DNA from: an uncultured Clostridia bacterium
GTDB taxonomy: Bacteria; Bacillota; Clostridia; TANB77; CAG-508
Assembly: GCA_934177485.1 (NCBI GenBank)
Contig: CAKPPF010000005.1
Coordinates: 11,241-75,240 of the forward strand
DNA length: 64,000 bases
Reading direction: 5' to 3'
Shown here piece by piece: positions 29,701-38,775 of this stretch (position 1 is the stretch's first letter; each line of letters begins with the position of its first letter). Below the pieces are notes generated by a model that worked only from the letters and a program-made list of their open reading frames with translations, searched no databases and had not been told where the DNA came from. Position numbers and translations under genes: made by a program.

Positions 29701-31334
29701 TGTTCTTCACCTTGCACACATGTTGCAACTATTTTGTCTTTTCTAGAAGCCAGGGTATTTCTATATTGTAAATCTTCTAGGTTTAAAACTATACTTGTTC
29801 CACCAGAAATATTTTCTAAGTCATACTCTGTTTGTTTTCCTTCTAATTCTATGTATATAACATTATTTCCTTGTGTTTTTACGCTTTTTATTTCTAGCCC
29901 ATTTCCGTTTAAAATTTCTGAATGTGATACGTTTCCATAAGCAATTCCTTCTGGTAATGTAATTTTTATTGTTGGAGCATTAAATAATTTAGCTGATGGA
30001 TTTGTATCGTCTAATTTTACTATTACGTTTGAGTTTGTTTTTTGTAATGTTGTAAAGTTTGGCTCGTTTGTTTCTACAGATATTTTTGTTCTTGCCTCGT
30101 TTAACATTATTGTTTGTTTTGCAAGTATTTCGTTAACACTATTTGTTATTTCAAGTTTTTCTATATTTTCTACATTTGTTCCATAATTAGCGTTGTTTAA
30201 AATTGTAGCTTGATTTTCAAAATGCATATTTCCTTCTGCTATTGGTTTTGTTGTTTTTATTTTTAAAGCAGTTAAATTTTGTTTGTATTCTATTACAATA
30301 CTTTCTTTACCATCTTCTATTTGAGAATGGCTTCCATCTATGTATGTAACAGAAAGTTTATTGTTATTTTCTATATTTAGATAGCTAACAGTTGCAATTA
30401 CTTCTTCGTTTTGGTAAATTTCTATTTTACCGTTTTCGCCTAAAATTCTATCAAATTCATTTTTGCTTATTCCTGTTGCAGAATAAACAACATTTCCATT
30501 TGAAGAAATTTTTTCGTTTGACTTTAATAAAAGTTCTGCTTCGTTTGTTTGCATTATTATTTCATCTACGGCATTTGAATTTAACACATTTAGTGTAGAT
30601 ATTGTTTTAAAATCTGTATTATATTTTGTACCGTTTTCAACATTTGAGTACATAAAGCCTTTGTATATTTTATCTTGTATGTCTGTTGTGTTATATGATA
30701 AAATGTCGCCTTTATTTTCTGTTTCTGTTGTTTTTATTGTTTTAGCTGTTTCTGAAGTTAGTACCCCACTTTCTGCTTTGTATTGTATGCTTGCACTTAT
30801 GTTGTATGTTAAATTAACTTCCTCCATATTTTCTGTAACAGCTTCTGCTGAGTATATATATATAATTTCTAATTCATCTTTTGAATCTTGAACAAATTTT
30901 GTGTATTCATTTTCATTTGCGTATGACAAAGTTAATAAACCAGAAGTTTTATCGTAGTTCTGATTTATTTTTACATTTTCTTTTTCACCTGTTGTTTGCA
31001 TTGTTTTTGCAAGTACAACATTTGCTCTTTCTGGGAAATGTGAATTAACTTCTGGAAGTTTAATTTGCACTTCTACAGAAGTTGTTGGTAAATATGTTTC
31101 TTCACTTTGTTTGGAATTAACACTTACTTTTGTTTGAACAGCAAGCCCTGTATAGTTTTGAGTTTGTGTTTTAACAAATTTTGTATTCTCTGCATTTAGT
31201 TCAATTTCTGGTAGCATAGCATTTTCTGCAATTGCATTTGCAATTCCAACACCACAAATAGAAACATTTCCAAACACAATTGATATTGCCATAAATGTTG
31301 CTATAGTTTTTGTTAAAATGTTTTTCAAGTTCAT
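26724..31334 (-). CDS. Large surface adhesin (1,536 aa) with a signal peptide, Pro-rich PEEPTTPENPEQPTK repeats, an SdrD-B/Cna-B-like domain and a C-terminal sorting-signal-like tail (SIKTG + TM + KKK)
   Basis: AGGAGG RBS. Signal peptide MNLKNILTKTIATFMAISIVFGNVSICG. Domain GIAWVDSNKNGKKDDEE...GNYIVLFEF. Confidence 0.82.
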   Translation of the reverse strand: MNLKNILTKTIATFMAISIVFGNVSICGVGIANAIAENAMLPEIELNAENTKFVKTQTQNYTGLAVQTKVSVNSKQSEETYLPTTSVEVQIKLPEVNSHFPERANVVLAKTMQTTGEKENVKINQNYDKTSGLLTLSYANENEYTKFVQDSKDELEIIYIYSAEAVTENMEEVNLTYNISASIQYKAESGVLTSETAKTIKTTETENKGDILSYNTTDIQDKIYKGFMYSNVENGTKYNTDFKTISTLNVLNSNAVDEIIMQTNEAELLLKSNEKISSNGNVVYSATGISKNEFDRILGENGKIEIYQNEEVIATVSYLNIENNNKLSVTYIDGSHSQIEDGKESIVIEYKQNLTALKIKTTKPIAEGNMHFENQATILNNANYGTNVENIEKLEITNSVNEILAKQTIMLNEARTKISVETNEPNFTTLQKTNSNVIVKLDDTNPSAKLFNAPTIKITLPEGIAYGNVSHSEILNGNGLEIKSVKTQGNNVIYIELEGKQTEYDLENISGGTSIVLNLEDLQYRNTLASRKDKIVATCVQGEEQIEASCDVNIVSKEGVLILSTLNNFDGNNTQEITMENKTVEIKNNADTYEATRNIVLVNNNEEDLTNVVIIERLGTNTENKNSTFITKLTKPVEVENAKVYYSENENSDVNDNTWTTDFTKNAKAYKVELNNNTLLAKQTIIIKEYVQIPEQMDYNEKCFLKLGMTYNINNNYEQKEMILGLQTPENDIGKNKTKNELNENEQNSIPLEVTIIPQITQNYVHSNQIVNYTIKVENKSDKTLNNITVKDIIPENAIYVYRKKIEEAEDYYFKNVEDTTIKEMLWKIEEIKANEVKEFEISLKMANTAIEGNIINTVQVENNEPIKNTLVLKPAKIEVNLKLPTDIEQTSIYENTYNIGDNVEYHIYVKNITTNNLNDLKISYNIPKEVEFINGGLAKWNGKYEITDNGICNNNAFEYTIKKLQPNEETEVVINAKVIKLVDGYSAKLNTIANVTIGKENDVYESNNKYTKISQAYFAVNLTSNVQDETKKAGDNIEYKITVENIGETSCEFILLDEISDNINVQKVEYGKDKLIYTPKTPINLTENLKSGEKFTAIITGTIKEKEVEQEETIAIKNKVKLSVGLVEIESNEVVFNIKYEPKKIEDPEEPITPENPEQPTNPEEPTTPENPEQPTKPEEPTTPENPEQSTKPEESTTPEKETYSISGIAWVDSNKNGKKDDEEALQHSVVVTLVNKDTGNFALDANGNKITTTTNNNGKYEFTNIPKGNYIVLFEFDTNTFTVTTYKRAGVDESINSDVILTQVRINGNLKTAAVTDEIALTESKVNINIGLLENAKFDLSLNKYISKISIINKEGTQTEEYKPTDDVAKIDIKAKYMKGTNVIVTYKFAVTNEGDVAGFVDSLQDDLPSGLEFSSDLNKDWYKGTDGKLYTSALSKVAINPNETKEVELVLTKTMTEDNAGIFTNNASLTKISNLANVQENMQAQENNNSSAILAISIKTGSAWLYLGITLCCITTFATGAYIIKKKVLSVNI
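27720..27900. repeat. Three tandem ~60-bp in-frame repeats encoding the Pro/Glu/Thr-rich linker of the 1,536-aa adhesin
   Basis: ttctggttttgttgg(c/t)tgttctggattttc(a/t)gg(c/t)gttgttggttc is repeated 3 times. Confidence 0.7.
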
Positions 31335-31665
31335 TAAAATTTCCTCCTTAGAAATTAATAATTATTATATATTATATATAAATTATATATTATGTACACT
31401 ATTATTTTTATTATACAACATTTTTTTCATAAAATCTAGACTTTTCTAGCAAAATCTCTCTTTATTTATATAAAAAAACAGATATTTTTCAACAAAATAT
31501 CTGCTTTTATTATACGGATATACACATTTAGTAAATTGCCTAATATTAATATTAAGTTTTTGTTACAATTTTTAAGCAAAAGATGCAACATTTAGCGTTT
31601 TCCTTAGGGAATCAAAAATATAGAGTGAAGGTTTTAAATTTATATTTATTACTAAATTCTGTTTT

Positions 31666-31693
31666 GAGCAGGCATAAAACCTGCCCCCCTACA
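31666..31693. repeat. Module-A repeat, copy 4
   Basis: gagcaggcataaaacctgcccccctaca + T6. Confidence 0.75.
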
Positions 31694-31708
31694 TTTTTTG
31701 AATTGGAT

Positions 31709-32560
31709 CTAATTTTTGCATAAATAATCTGCAATTTGCGCGTATTGTTCCATCGTTAGTTCTTCTCCTCTTGCTTTTTCGCTTATTTTAAAACTATTTA
31801 GCATTGTTTTTATTTCATTTTTATTGTTAAAAAATTCTGTTTTTTCCCATGCGTTTACTAGCGTTTTTCTTCTTTGCATAAATGCATATTTTATTAATTT
31901 AAACATTAAATCTTTGTCATTTACATTTATATTTTTTTCTTTTCGTATATTTAGTTGTATTACTTTAGACTCTACAGCTGGCTCTGGTATAAAAGATTGT
32001 GGCATTACTCTTAATACTTCTTTTGCTTCTGCATAATAATATATTGAGTATGTTATAGCTCCTGAATTTTTTCCACCTGGCACTTCAGTTAATCTATCTG
32101 CTACTTCTTTTTGTATCATAACTGTTATTGTTTCTATTTTTAGTTCTTCTTCTAATAATTTCATTATTATTGGTGTAGTTATATAATATGGCAAATTTGC
32201 AACAATTTTTACTTTTTTAAAGATATTATTATTCTCTATTAGTTCCTTTAAATTGATTTTTAATATGTCTTGATTTATAAGTTCAAAATTGTTATATAGC
32301 TTAAATCTATCTGATAATATTTCTATCATTCTTTTATCTAATTCTATTGCAACAACTTTTCCTGCTTTTTCAAGTAGCTCTTTTGTGAGTGTCCCTAAGC
32401 CTGGGCCAATTTCTATTACTAAGTCTTCCTTTGTAATTTCCGCACTTTCAACTATTCTATTTACCACTTCGTCATTTATTAAGAAATTTTGTCCTAGACT
32501 TTTATTTGCAGATATACCATATTTTTTTAGTATGAATTTTGTTTCATCGTATGTATTCAT
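31709..32560 (-). CDS. rsmA: 16S rRNA (adenine1518/1519-N6)-dimethyltransferase
   Basis: LGQNFLINDEVVNRIV...VIEIGPGLGTLT, the KsgA SAM-binding motif. Confidence 0.88.
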   Translation of the reverse strand: MNTYDETKFILKKYGISANKSLGQNFLINDEVVNRIVESAEITKEDLVIEIGPGLGTLTKELLEKAGKVVAIELDKRMIEILSDRFKLYNNFELINQDILKINLKELIENNNIFKKVKIVANLPYYITTPIIMKLLEEELKIETITVMIQKEVADRLTEVPGGKNSGAITYSIYYYAEAKEVLRVMPQSFIPEPAVESKVIQLNIRKEKNINVNDKDLMFKLIKYAFMQRRKTLVNAWEKTEFFNNKNEIKTMLNSFKISEKARGEELTMEQYAQIADYLCKN

Positions 32561-32620
32561 ATTTGTTTTTCCTTTCTAAAATTAAAATTTATATGACAAA
32601 TATAATTGTAATCAATTTAT

Positions 32621-32724
32621 TTTTGAGAGCATTTTTTCAAAATTAGACCCTCCAGGCTAGCGGGTATTCCCCGCCTCAAAGGGCTGTCAGGCCGTAATTT
32701 TTCAAAAAAGTCTCAAAACAGATT
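32621..32724 (+). mobile_element. MITE-like ~100-bp element with ~20-bp terminal inverted repeats and a GC-rich core, copy 1
   Basis: ttttgagagcattttttcaaaatta | gaccctccaggctagcgggtattccccgcctcaaagggctgtcaggccg | taatttttcaaaaaagtctcaaaa. Confidence 0.55.
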
Positions 32725-32949
32725 GATATATAGTAGCGCGAAGCTATTGGTTTTTATTTTTTTAGAAAGTTACGGGTGGGGACCGGCGAGTTTATAGAAT
32801 GTTTAAAATTTATTAAAATAAATTTTATTACATTCTATACGAAGTTGGGGCGTTTCGTAAAAAATAAAAACAAATAGCTGGGAGCGGATTAATTTTGCAA
32901 ATTACAATTTACATTATATCATATTTTTTTATTATATAGGAAAAAATCG

Positions 32950-33020
32950 AAGATTTTTACGTATATATCAAGGTTAAGTTACCTTAGGCAGTGCATATTT
33001 GCGAAACCACTTTTCCTATT
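32950..33020. repeat. Module-E-like repeat (also at 3476-3546 and 8448-8520)
   Basis: caaggttaagttaccttaggcagtgcatatttgcgaaaccacttttcc is related to the rc of 8448-8520 and to 3476-3546 (caaggttaagttacatttatgtaatacatatttaagaagcaaaataaccatatggcgaagc). Confidence 0.55.
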
Positions 33021-33099
33021 ATTCTCAAAATTCTTGCTTTTTATCTTTTTTTAATGTAAAATAAATGCATAAATTCCTTACGGGAGGTTGATTTTACTT

Positions 33100-35313
33100 A
33101 TGAAAAAAACTAACAGAAATTATAGAAAAAAATCTAATAAAGAACCTATTTCTATTGATAGATCACTACCTATTAAAAGGCTTAGAGTTATCTTGTTTTG
33201 TGGAGTTCTTATACTTGCTTTGTTAATTCTTAGAGTTTTTTGGATTCAATTTATTAATGGCTCATGGCTTAAAGAAAAAGCTTATAGGCAACAAACTGCA
33301 AGTAAAATTATAAGTCCTGAAAGAGGTAAAATTTTTGATGTTAACGGAAAAGTTTTAGCTACCAGTGAAAAAGTAGATACGATTTCAATTAATCCTACAA
33401 AAATTAAAGCAGATAAAAAAGAATTATATGCTAGAGGCCTATCTAAAATATTTGAACTTGATTATGAAGAAACTTTAACAAAAGTTAATAGTACATCTGC
33501 TGTTGAAACTATTGCTAAAAAAGTTGAAAAAGACAAAGTTAAAGAGCTTGAAGCATGGATGAAAGAAAATAAAATATCTGCAGGTATAAATATAGATGAA
33601 GATAATAAAAGATATTACCCATACAATGAACTAGCATCTCAAGTTATTGGTTTTTGTGGAACCGATAACAGTATTGCTGGTATTGAGCTTTCATATGATA
33701 GTGTTTTGAAAGGTCGTTCTGGTAAAATTATTACCACAACAGATCTAAACAGTAGTGAAATATCTGATAATCATGCAACATATGTTGAAGTTGAAAATGG
33801 TAGCGACGTTTATTTAACATTAGATGTTAATATTCAATCAATTGTAGAAAAGTATATTAAACAACCAGTCGAAGATGGAAAATGTGAGGCAAGTAGTGCA
33901 ATTATAATGGAACCATCTACAGGAAACATATTATCTATGGCATCTTATCCTAACTTTAATTTAAATACTCCATTTGTTCCAAATTCCGAAGAAGTTAAAG
34001 AAAAATGGGCAGATATGTCTGTTAAAGAAAAAAATGATTATTTAAGTAAAATGTGGAGAAACAAAAATGTTTCTGATGGTTATGAGCCTGGTTCTCCATT
34101 TAAAACTATTATTGCATCTATTGCATTAGAGGAAAACATTACGGAAATAGACGTTAAGAACGATTTTTACTGTAAAGCTTATGAAGAGATTTCTGGCACT
34201 AAAATTAGATGTTGGACAACTAATGCTCATGGCTATCAAACTTTAAAACAGGCTTTAGCTAATTCATGTAACCCTGCATTTATGCAATTAGGTAAAAGGA
34301 TCGGCGTAGAAACTTTATATAAATATTTTGAAGCTTTTGGTTTATTTAATAAAACTGGAATATCACTTCCTGCAGAACCTTCAAAAGGCATATTCCATGA
34401 TGAAAGTCGTGTTGGTCCTGTTGAACTTGCTACCATGTCATTTGGTCAGAGGTTTGAAATAACTCCTATACAATTAATTACTGCTGCTTCTTCTATTGCT
34501 AATAATGGCGTACTTGTAAAACCCCAAATAGTTAGTAAAGTAATAAACACAGATTCTGGCTCTACAACAAGCACACAAACTGAAGAAGTTAGAAAAGTAA
34601 TTTCAAAAGAAACTGCAGACAGTGTTATAAAGATGATGGAATATGTTGTAACAGATGGTACTGGTAAGCCTGGTGCTGTCAAAGGTTACACAATTGCTGG
34701 AAAAACTGGTACTTCAGAAGCAAAAGTTGGATCTAAAGATGGTAATACTTTATCTTACCTTGCTATTGCACCAGCTGAAAATCCAAAATTAGTTGTTTTA
34801 GTTATTTTATATAATATGAACATTAAAAATGCTCATGGTGGTACAGTTGTTGGTCCTATAGTATCTAATATTCTTTCAGAAGTATTGCCATATATGGGAA
34901 TTACCTCTGATGATGCTAATATAAATTCTAGTAACAATTCAGTTACAATTCCTAATGTTGTAAACAAAACTGTAACTGAAGCAGAGAAAATAATTAAAAA
35001 TGCTGGTCTTGATTGTGTAATTGCCTGTGATGGTGACAAAAATTCAACTTTAGTTGAAGCTCAAGTACCAGAAGCAAGAAAAATTGTATTAAAGGATTCT
35101 GTTGTTATGTTATATGGAACTGAAAATTCTACTAGAACTTCTGTAACAGTTCCAGACTTAAGTAAAATGACTTTAACTCAAGCAAAAAATACTTTGAAAC
35201 AAAAGAATTTAAATATTTCATATACGGGTACAGGGCTTGTTGTAAGCCAAGATATAAAAGCTGGCTCTTCTGTTGAAGAAGGTTCAATTATTGAAGTTAA
35301 GTTATCATACTAA
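33100..35313 (+). CDS. Class B penicillin-binding protein with two C-terminal PASTA domains (SpoVD/PBP2B-like)
   Basis: N-terminal TM, transpeptidase core, and two PASTA repeats (TIPNVVNKTVTEAEKIIKNAGL / TVPDLSKMTLTQAKNTLKQKNL). ATG at 33100 after GGGAGG (track used TTG 33088). Confidence 0.85.
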   Translation: MKKTNRNYRKKSNKEPISIDRSLPIKRLRVILFCGVLILALLILRVFWIQFINGSWLKEKAYRQQTASKIISPERGKIFDVNGKVLATSEKVDTISINPTKIKADKKELYARGLSKIFELDYEETLTKVNSTSAVETIAKKVEKDKVKELEAWMKENKISAGINIDEDNKRYYPYNELASQVIGFCGTDNSIAGIELSYDSVLKGRSGKIITTTDLNSSEISDNHATYVEVENGSDVYLTLDVNIQSIVEKYIKQPVEDGKCEASSAIIMEPSTGNILSMASYPNFNLNTPFVPNSEEVKEKWADMSVKEKNDYLSKMWRNKNVSDGYEPGSPFKTIIASIALEENITEIDVKNDFYCKAYEEISGTKIRCWTTNAHGYQTLKQALANSCNPAFMQLGKRIGVETLYKYFEAFGLFNKTGISLPAEPSKGIFHDESRVGPVELATMSFGQRFEITPIQLITAASSIANNGVLVKPQIVSKVINTDSGSTTSTQTEEVRKVISKETADSVIKMMEYVVTDGTGKPGAVKGYTIAGKTGTSEAKVGSKDGNTLSYLAIAPAENPKLVVLVILYNMNIKNAHGGTVVGPIVSNILSEVLPYMGITSDDANINSSNNSVTIPNVVNKTVTEAEKIIKNAGLDCVIACDGDKNSTLVEAQVPEARKIVLKDSVVMLYGTENSTRTSVTVPDLSKMTLTQAKNTLKQKNLNISYTGTGLVVSQDIKAGSSVEEGSIIEVKLSY

Positions 35314-35336
35314 ATAAAGCAAAATACTGATTTTTC

Positions 35337-35382
35337 GGGCAGGCGGTGTAGGGGTAGGTCTTGTGCCTACCATTCCTGCCCC
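35337..35382. repeat. Module-A repeat, long variant, copy 5 (doubles as a terminator after the PBP gene)
   Basis: gggcaggcggtgtaggggtaggtcttgtgcctaccattcctgcccc + acaattttttt. Confidence 0.75.
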
Positions 35383-35410
35383 ACAATTTTTTATGCAAGA
35401 AAGGATTAGA

Positions 35411-36037
35411 ATGGAAACAATTTTTTTAAAAAATGAAGACGTACTAGAAGCTACAAAAATTTTAAAATCTGGTGGAATTGGAATTTTTCCCACAGATACC
35501 GTTTATGGCATTGGATGTGATTTTATAAATGCTACTAGTTTAAAAAGATTATTTAAAGCAAAGAAAAGAGATTTAAGCAAGCCTATAAATATTCTAGTAT
35601 CTAATATTAATATGTTAGATGGTGTTGTAACAAATATCAATGATATAGAGAAAACTTTAATGGAAAGTTTTTGGCCTGGTGCATTAACTATAATATTTGA
35701 CAAAACAAATTTAGTTCCAGATCTTTTAACATCAGGTTTAGATACTGTTGGAATTCGCATGCCAGATAATACAGTTTGCCTAAATTTAATTAATAAATTT
35801 GGAAAACCAATTGCAACTTCAAGTGCAAATATTTCAAATGAACCAGCAACAAATTTTGTAGATGAAAATTTAATAAAAAAGTTTAATAATAATGTTGATT
35901 TTATATTAGATTCTGGTAAAATAGATGGTAATGTTCCATCTACCATTGTTAGGGTAGTTGGAAATAAAGTAAATATTTTAAGAGAAGGTCCAATTTCTCT
36001 TGATGATATAATGGAGGTTATAAAAAATGTTAGATAA
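35411..36037 (+). CDS. tsaC: L-threonylcarbamoyladenylate synthase (TsaC/YrdC family)
   Basis: GGIGIFPTDTVYGIGCD...LVSNINM...TSSAN motifs. RBS GAAAGGA before the ATG at 35411. Confidence 0.8.
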   Translation: METIFLKNEDVLEATKILKSGGIGIFPTDTVYGIGCDFINATSLKRLFKAKKRDLSKPINILVSNINMLDGVVTNINDIEKTLMESFWPGALTIIFDKTNLVPDLLTSGLDTVGIRMPDNTVCLNLINKFGKPIATSSANISNEPATNFVDENLIKKFNNNVDFILDSGKIDGNVPSTIVRVVGNKVNILREGPISLDDIMEVIKNVR

Positions 36038-36509
36038 TATAATAGTAAAATATTTAATTACATTCTTTTTAGGAATGTGCCCAATAATAGAAATAAGAGG
36101 AGCAATTCCTGTTGGAGTTGGACTAGGTCTTAGTTACTTTGAATCTTTTGTTGTTGGTTTTATTGGAAATATAATTCCTATATACTTTATTGTTAAATAT
36201 ATTGGTCCTATTTTTGATTTTTTAAGTAGATTTAAAATATTTAAGAAAATAATAGATTGGGCAAGTAATAAAGCCACAAAACATATAGAAGAAAGTGAAA
36301 GATTACAAAATTTTACTGCTTTAGGATTATTTTTATTTGTTGCAATTCCACTTCCAGGTACAGGTGCATGGGTTGGATCTCTAATTGCTAATTTCTTACA
36401 TGTACCACTAAAAAAAGCTTGGTTACCTTTAGCATTAGGTGTATTTGCAGCAGGATGTATTGTTCTTTTTGCAACTGGTAGTGTAGTAACAATATTTCAG
36501 CATATATGA
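36027..36509 (+). CDS. Small integral membrane protein (COG2426-like putative small multidrug export protein)
   Basis: Four predicted TM helices. Overlaps the tsaC stop by 11 nt. Confidence 0.55.
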   Translation: MLDNIIVKYLITFFLGMCPIIEIRGAIPVGVGLGLSYFESFVVGFIGNIIPIYFIVKYIGPIFDFLSRFKIFKKIIDWASNKATKHIEESERLQNFTALGLFLFVAIPLPGTGAWVGSLIANFLHVPLKKAWLPLALGVFAAGCIVLFATGSVVTIFQHI

Positions 36510-36516
36510 GATTAAA

Positions 36517-36545
36517 AAAAAAAAAGCCTTATAGGCTTTTTTTAT
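36517..36545. terminator. Bidirectional terminator (A12-hairpin-T8) shared by the membrane-protein gene and acpP
   Basis: aaaaaaaaaaaagccttataggcttttttt. Confidence 0.7.
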
Positions 36546-36549
36546 CGTT

Positions 36550-36804
<255 letters not shown>

Positions 36805-36924
36805 TTAAAACCTTTCTTACGTTTCTTATAATTGTTATATTATAAGTATATACATTTGTCAAGAAATTTTTATATTTTTATTAAAGAATTTAAATTTATG
36901 TTATTTGTGGTATGTATAAGAATT

Positions 36925-37974
36925 TTAATTTTCGGTTTTCTGTTTTTTAAATGTCTCTATGTTTGAAAACTGTTCTATCATCATATCAACACTTTTTTTC
37001 TTTGCAAAAGCTTCTGCTTGTTTTATTGTATAATGAAATAACTTTTCATCACTACTTCCATGTGCTTTTACAACTGGTTTTTTTACACCTAAAAATAAGG
37101 CTCCACCGTATTCTTTATAATCAACAGTTTTAGCAAATCTTTTTATTCCTGGCATTGCTGGAAGTGCAGCAATTGTTGAAAAAAATGATTTTTTTATGCT
37201 TTCTGTTAAAGATTTTTTCACTAATTTTCCAAAACCTTCTACTGTTTTTAAAAATACATTTCCTGTAAAGCCATCACACACTATTGCATCTATTTTTCCA
37301 GAGAATGCATCTCTTCCCTCTACGTTTCCAACAAAGTTAATTCCAAGTTTTTCAGATTCGTTTTTAAGTATTTGATATGTTTCTTTTACTAAATCATTTC
37401 CTTTAGTTTCTTCTGTTCCTATGTTTAGCAAACCAATTGCAGGTTTTTCTATTCCAAAAGTATTTTTTAAATAAATTGTAGCCATTTGTGCAAATTGCAC
37501 TAGATTTAAGGGTTTACAATTTGTATTTGCTCCTGCATCTATTAGCATTAATCTTTTTTTGTAAGCAGGAAGCATTGGTGCCATTGCTGGTCTATCTATG
37601 CCCTTAATTCTTCCTACAAGCAAAGTTGCTCCTGTAAGCAAAGCTCCTGAATTTCCTGCAGAAATAAATACATCACCTTTTCCATCCTTTAATAAATTAA
37701 ATCCTACAACCATTGAAGAATCCTTTTTGTGCTTTATTGCATCTGTTGGTTTGTCTTCCATTGTTACGACTTCTGTTGTATTATATATAGAAAATTTTGG
37801 TGACATTTCTTCTAGTTTATCTTTTCCATAAAACTCTTTTACTTTTTTATTTATAATTTCTTCATTTCCTATTAGCATTATATTTGCTTCAACTTCATTT
37901 ACTGCTTTAACAGCTCCTTTAATTACTGCATCTGGAGCATTATCTCCACCCATTGCATCTACTAAAATAACCAT
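36925..37974 (-). CDS. plsX: Phosphate acyltransferase PlsX
   Basis: MVILVDAMGGDNAP... N-terminus typical of PlsX. 349 aa. Confidence 0.88.
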   Translation of the reverse strand: MVILVDAMGGDNAPDAVIKGAVKAVNEVEANIMLIGNEEIINKKVKEFYGKDKLEEMSPKFSIYNTTEVVTMEDKPTDAIKHKKDSSMVVGFNLLKDGKGDVFISAGNSGALLTGATLLVGRIKGIDRPAMAPMLPAYKKRLMLIDAGANTNCKPLNLVQFAQMATIYLKNTFGIEKPAIGLLNIGTEETKGNDLVKETYQILKNESEKLGINFVGNVEGRDAFSGKIDAIVCDGFTGNVFLKTVEGFGKLVKKSLTESIKKSFFSTIAALPAMPGIKRFAKTVDYKEYGGALFLGVKKPVVKAHGSSDEKLFHYTIKQAEAFAKKKSVDMMIEQFSNIETFKKQKTEN

Positions 37975-38122
37975 GTATTGCCTCCTGTTATTATATTAAG
38001 TTATAATAATATCTATGAATATGTATAATATTTTATTATTAAATAATTAAAAAATCAATACTTTTTAAATATTTAAAGGTATTAAATTATTTTTAAAATT
38101 GGGATTTATTTTTGAATTAAAC

Positions 38123-38449
38123 TTAAATTAATAATAGTCTAGCTGCATGCCAAACTCTTTGAATTATAATAAAATTAGATCTAATTTCATATATTATTCT
38201 ATATTGTTTAAAAATAATTTCACGTATATTTTTGTTATTATATTCTAAAACTTTTCTTCCCATATATGGCATAACAGTTAAGTTTGTAGTAATTTTTACT
38301 ATTTTATTAATTGTTTTTAAAGAATAATAAATTGAATCTCTTGAAATATAATTATAGATTGAATATAAATCTGCCTTAGCATTTTTTGACCATATTACTT
38401 TTACCAAATATTTCTTCCAGTACTTCCTCTGTAGTATAGTATTCCGCAA
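38123..38449 (-). CDS. ParE/RelE-superfamily toxin, copy 1
   Basis: YRIIYEIRSNFIIIQRVWHAAR C-terminal signature. Overlaps the upstream antitoxin ORF. Confidence 0.65.
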   Translation of the reverse strand: MRNTILQRKYWKKYLVKVIWSKNAKADLYSIYNYISRDSIYYSLKTINKIVKITTNLTVMPYMGRKVLEYNNKNIREIIFKQYRIIYEIRSNFIIIQRVWHAARLLLI

Positions 38450-38591
38450 TACCGTTTTCTTCCTCTTTATGTTGTAATTCTATTGAGGCTATAATTATAT
38501 CTGATTCAGCTAAATTAGGATTATCGATTATTTTCTGTAATTCTTTTATTGTTTTGCTTCTGTAATATAAAATTTTTTCTTCATTGCTCAT
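38376..38591 (-). CDS. Putative antitoxin, copy 1 (71 aa)
   Basis: MSNEEKILYYRSKTIKELQKII.... AAAGGAG RBS. Immediately upstream of and overlapping the ParE-like toxin. Confidence 0.55.
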   Translation of the reverse strand: MSNEEKILYYRSKTIKELQKIIDNPNLAESDIIIASIELQHKEEENGIAEYYTTEEVLEEIFGKSNMVKKC

Positions 38592-38641
38592 AACATCAGC
38601 TCCTTTTGAATGGCATTTAATAATTTAATACCTTTTAAAGT

Positions 38642-38669
38642 ATTATATATTATTTTTTCTATTTGTCAA
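38642..38669 (-). promoter_or_regulatory. Consensus sigma-A promoter (TTGACA-16/17-TATAAT) driving TA cassette 1
   Basis: Minus-strand reading: TTGACAaatagaaaaaataataTATAAT. Confidence 0.55.
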
Positions 38670-38775
38670 TATTGGCTTAGTACTAAGTTAAAAAGATTAA
38701 ACAGATACACGACATATTACCTACATTTTGTAATATTTAAAGGTATTAAATTATTTTTAAAATTGGGATTTATTT

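Noticed and set aside
19388-31334. Numerous 60-190-aa plus-strand ORFs inside the adhesin genes (e.g. 27574-28137, 29521-29940, 22325-22644)
   Set aside because: They are antisense artefacts within large, clearly coding minus-strand genes. Compositionally biased (L/F/S/C-rich). No translation signals.
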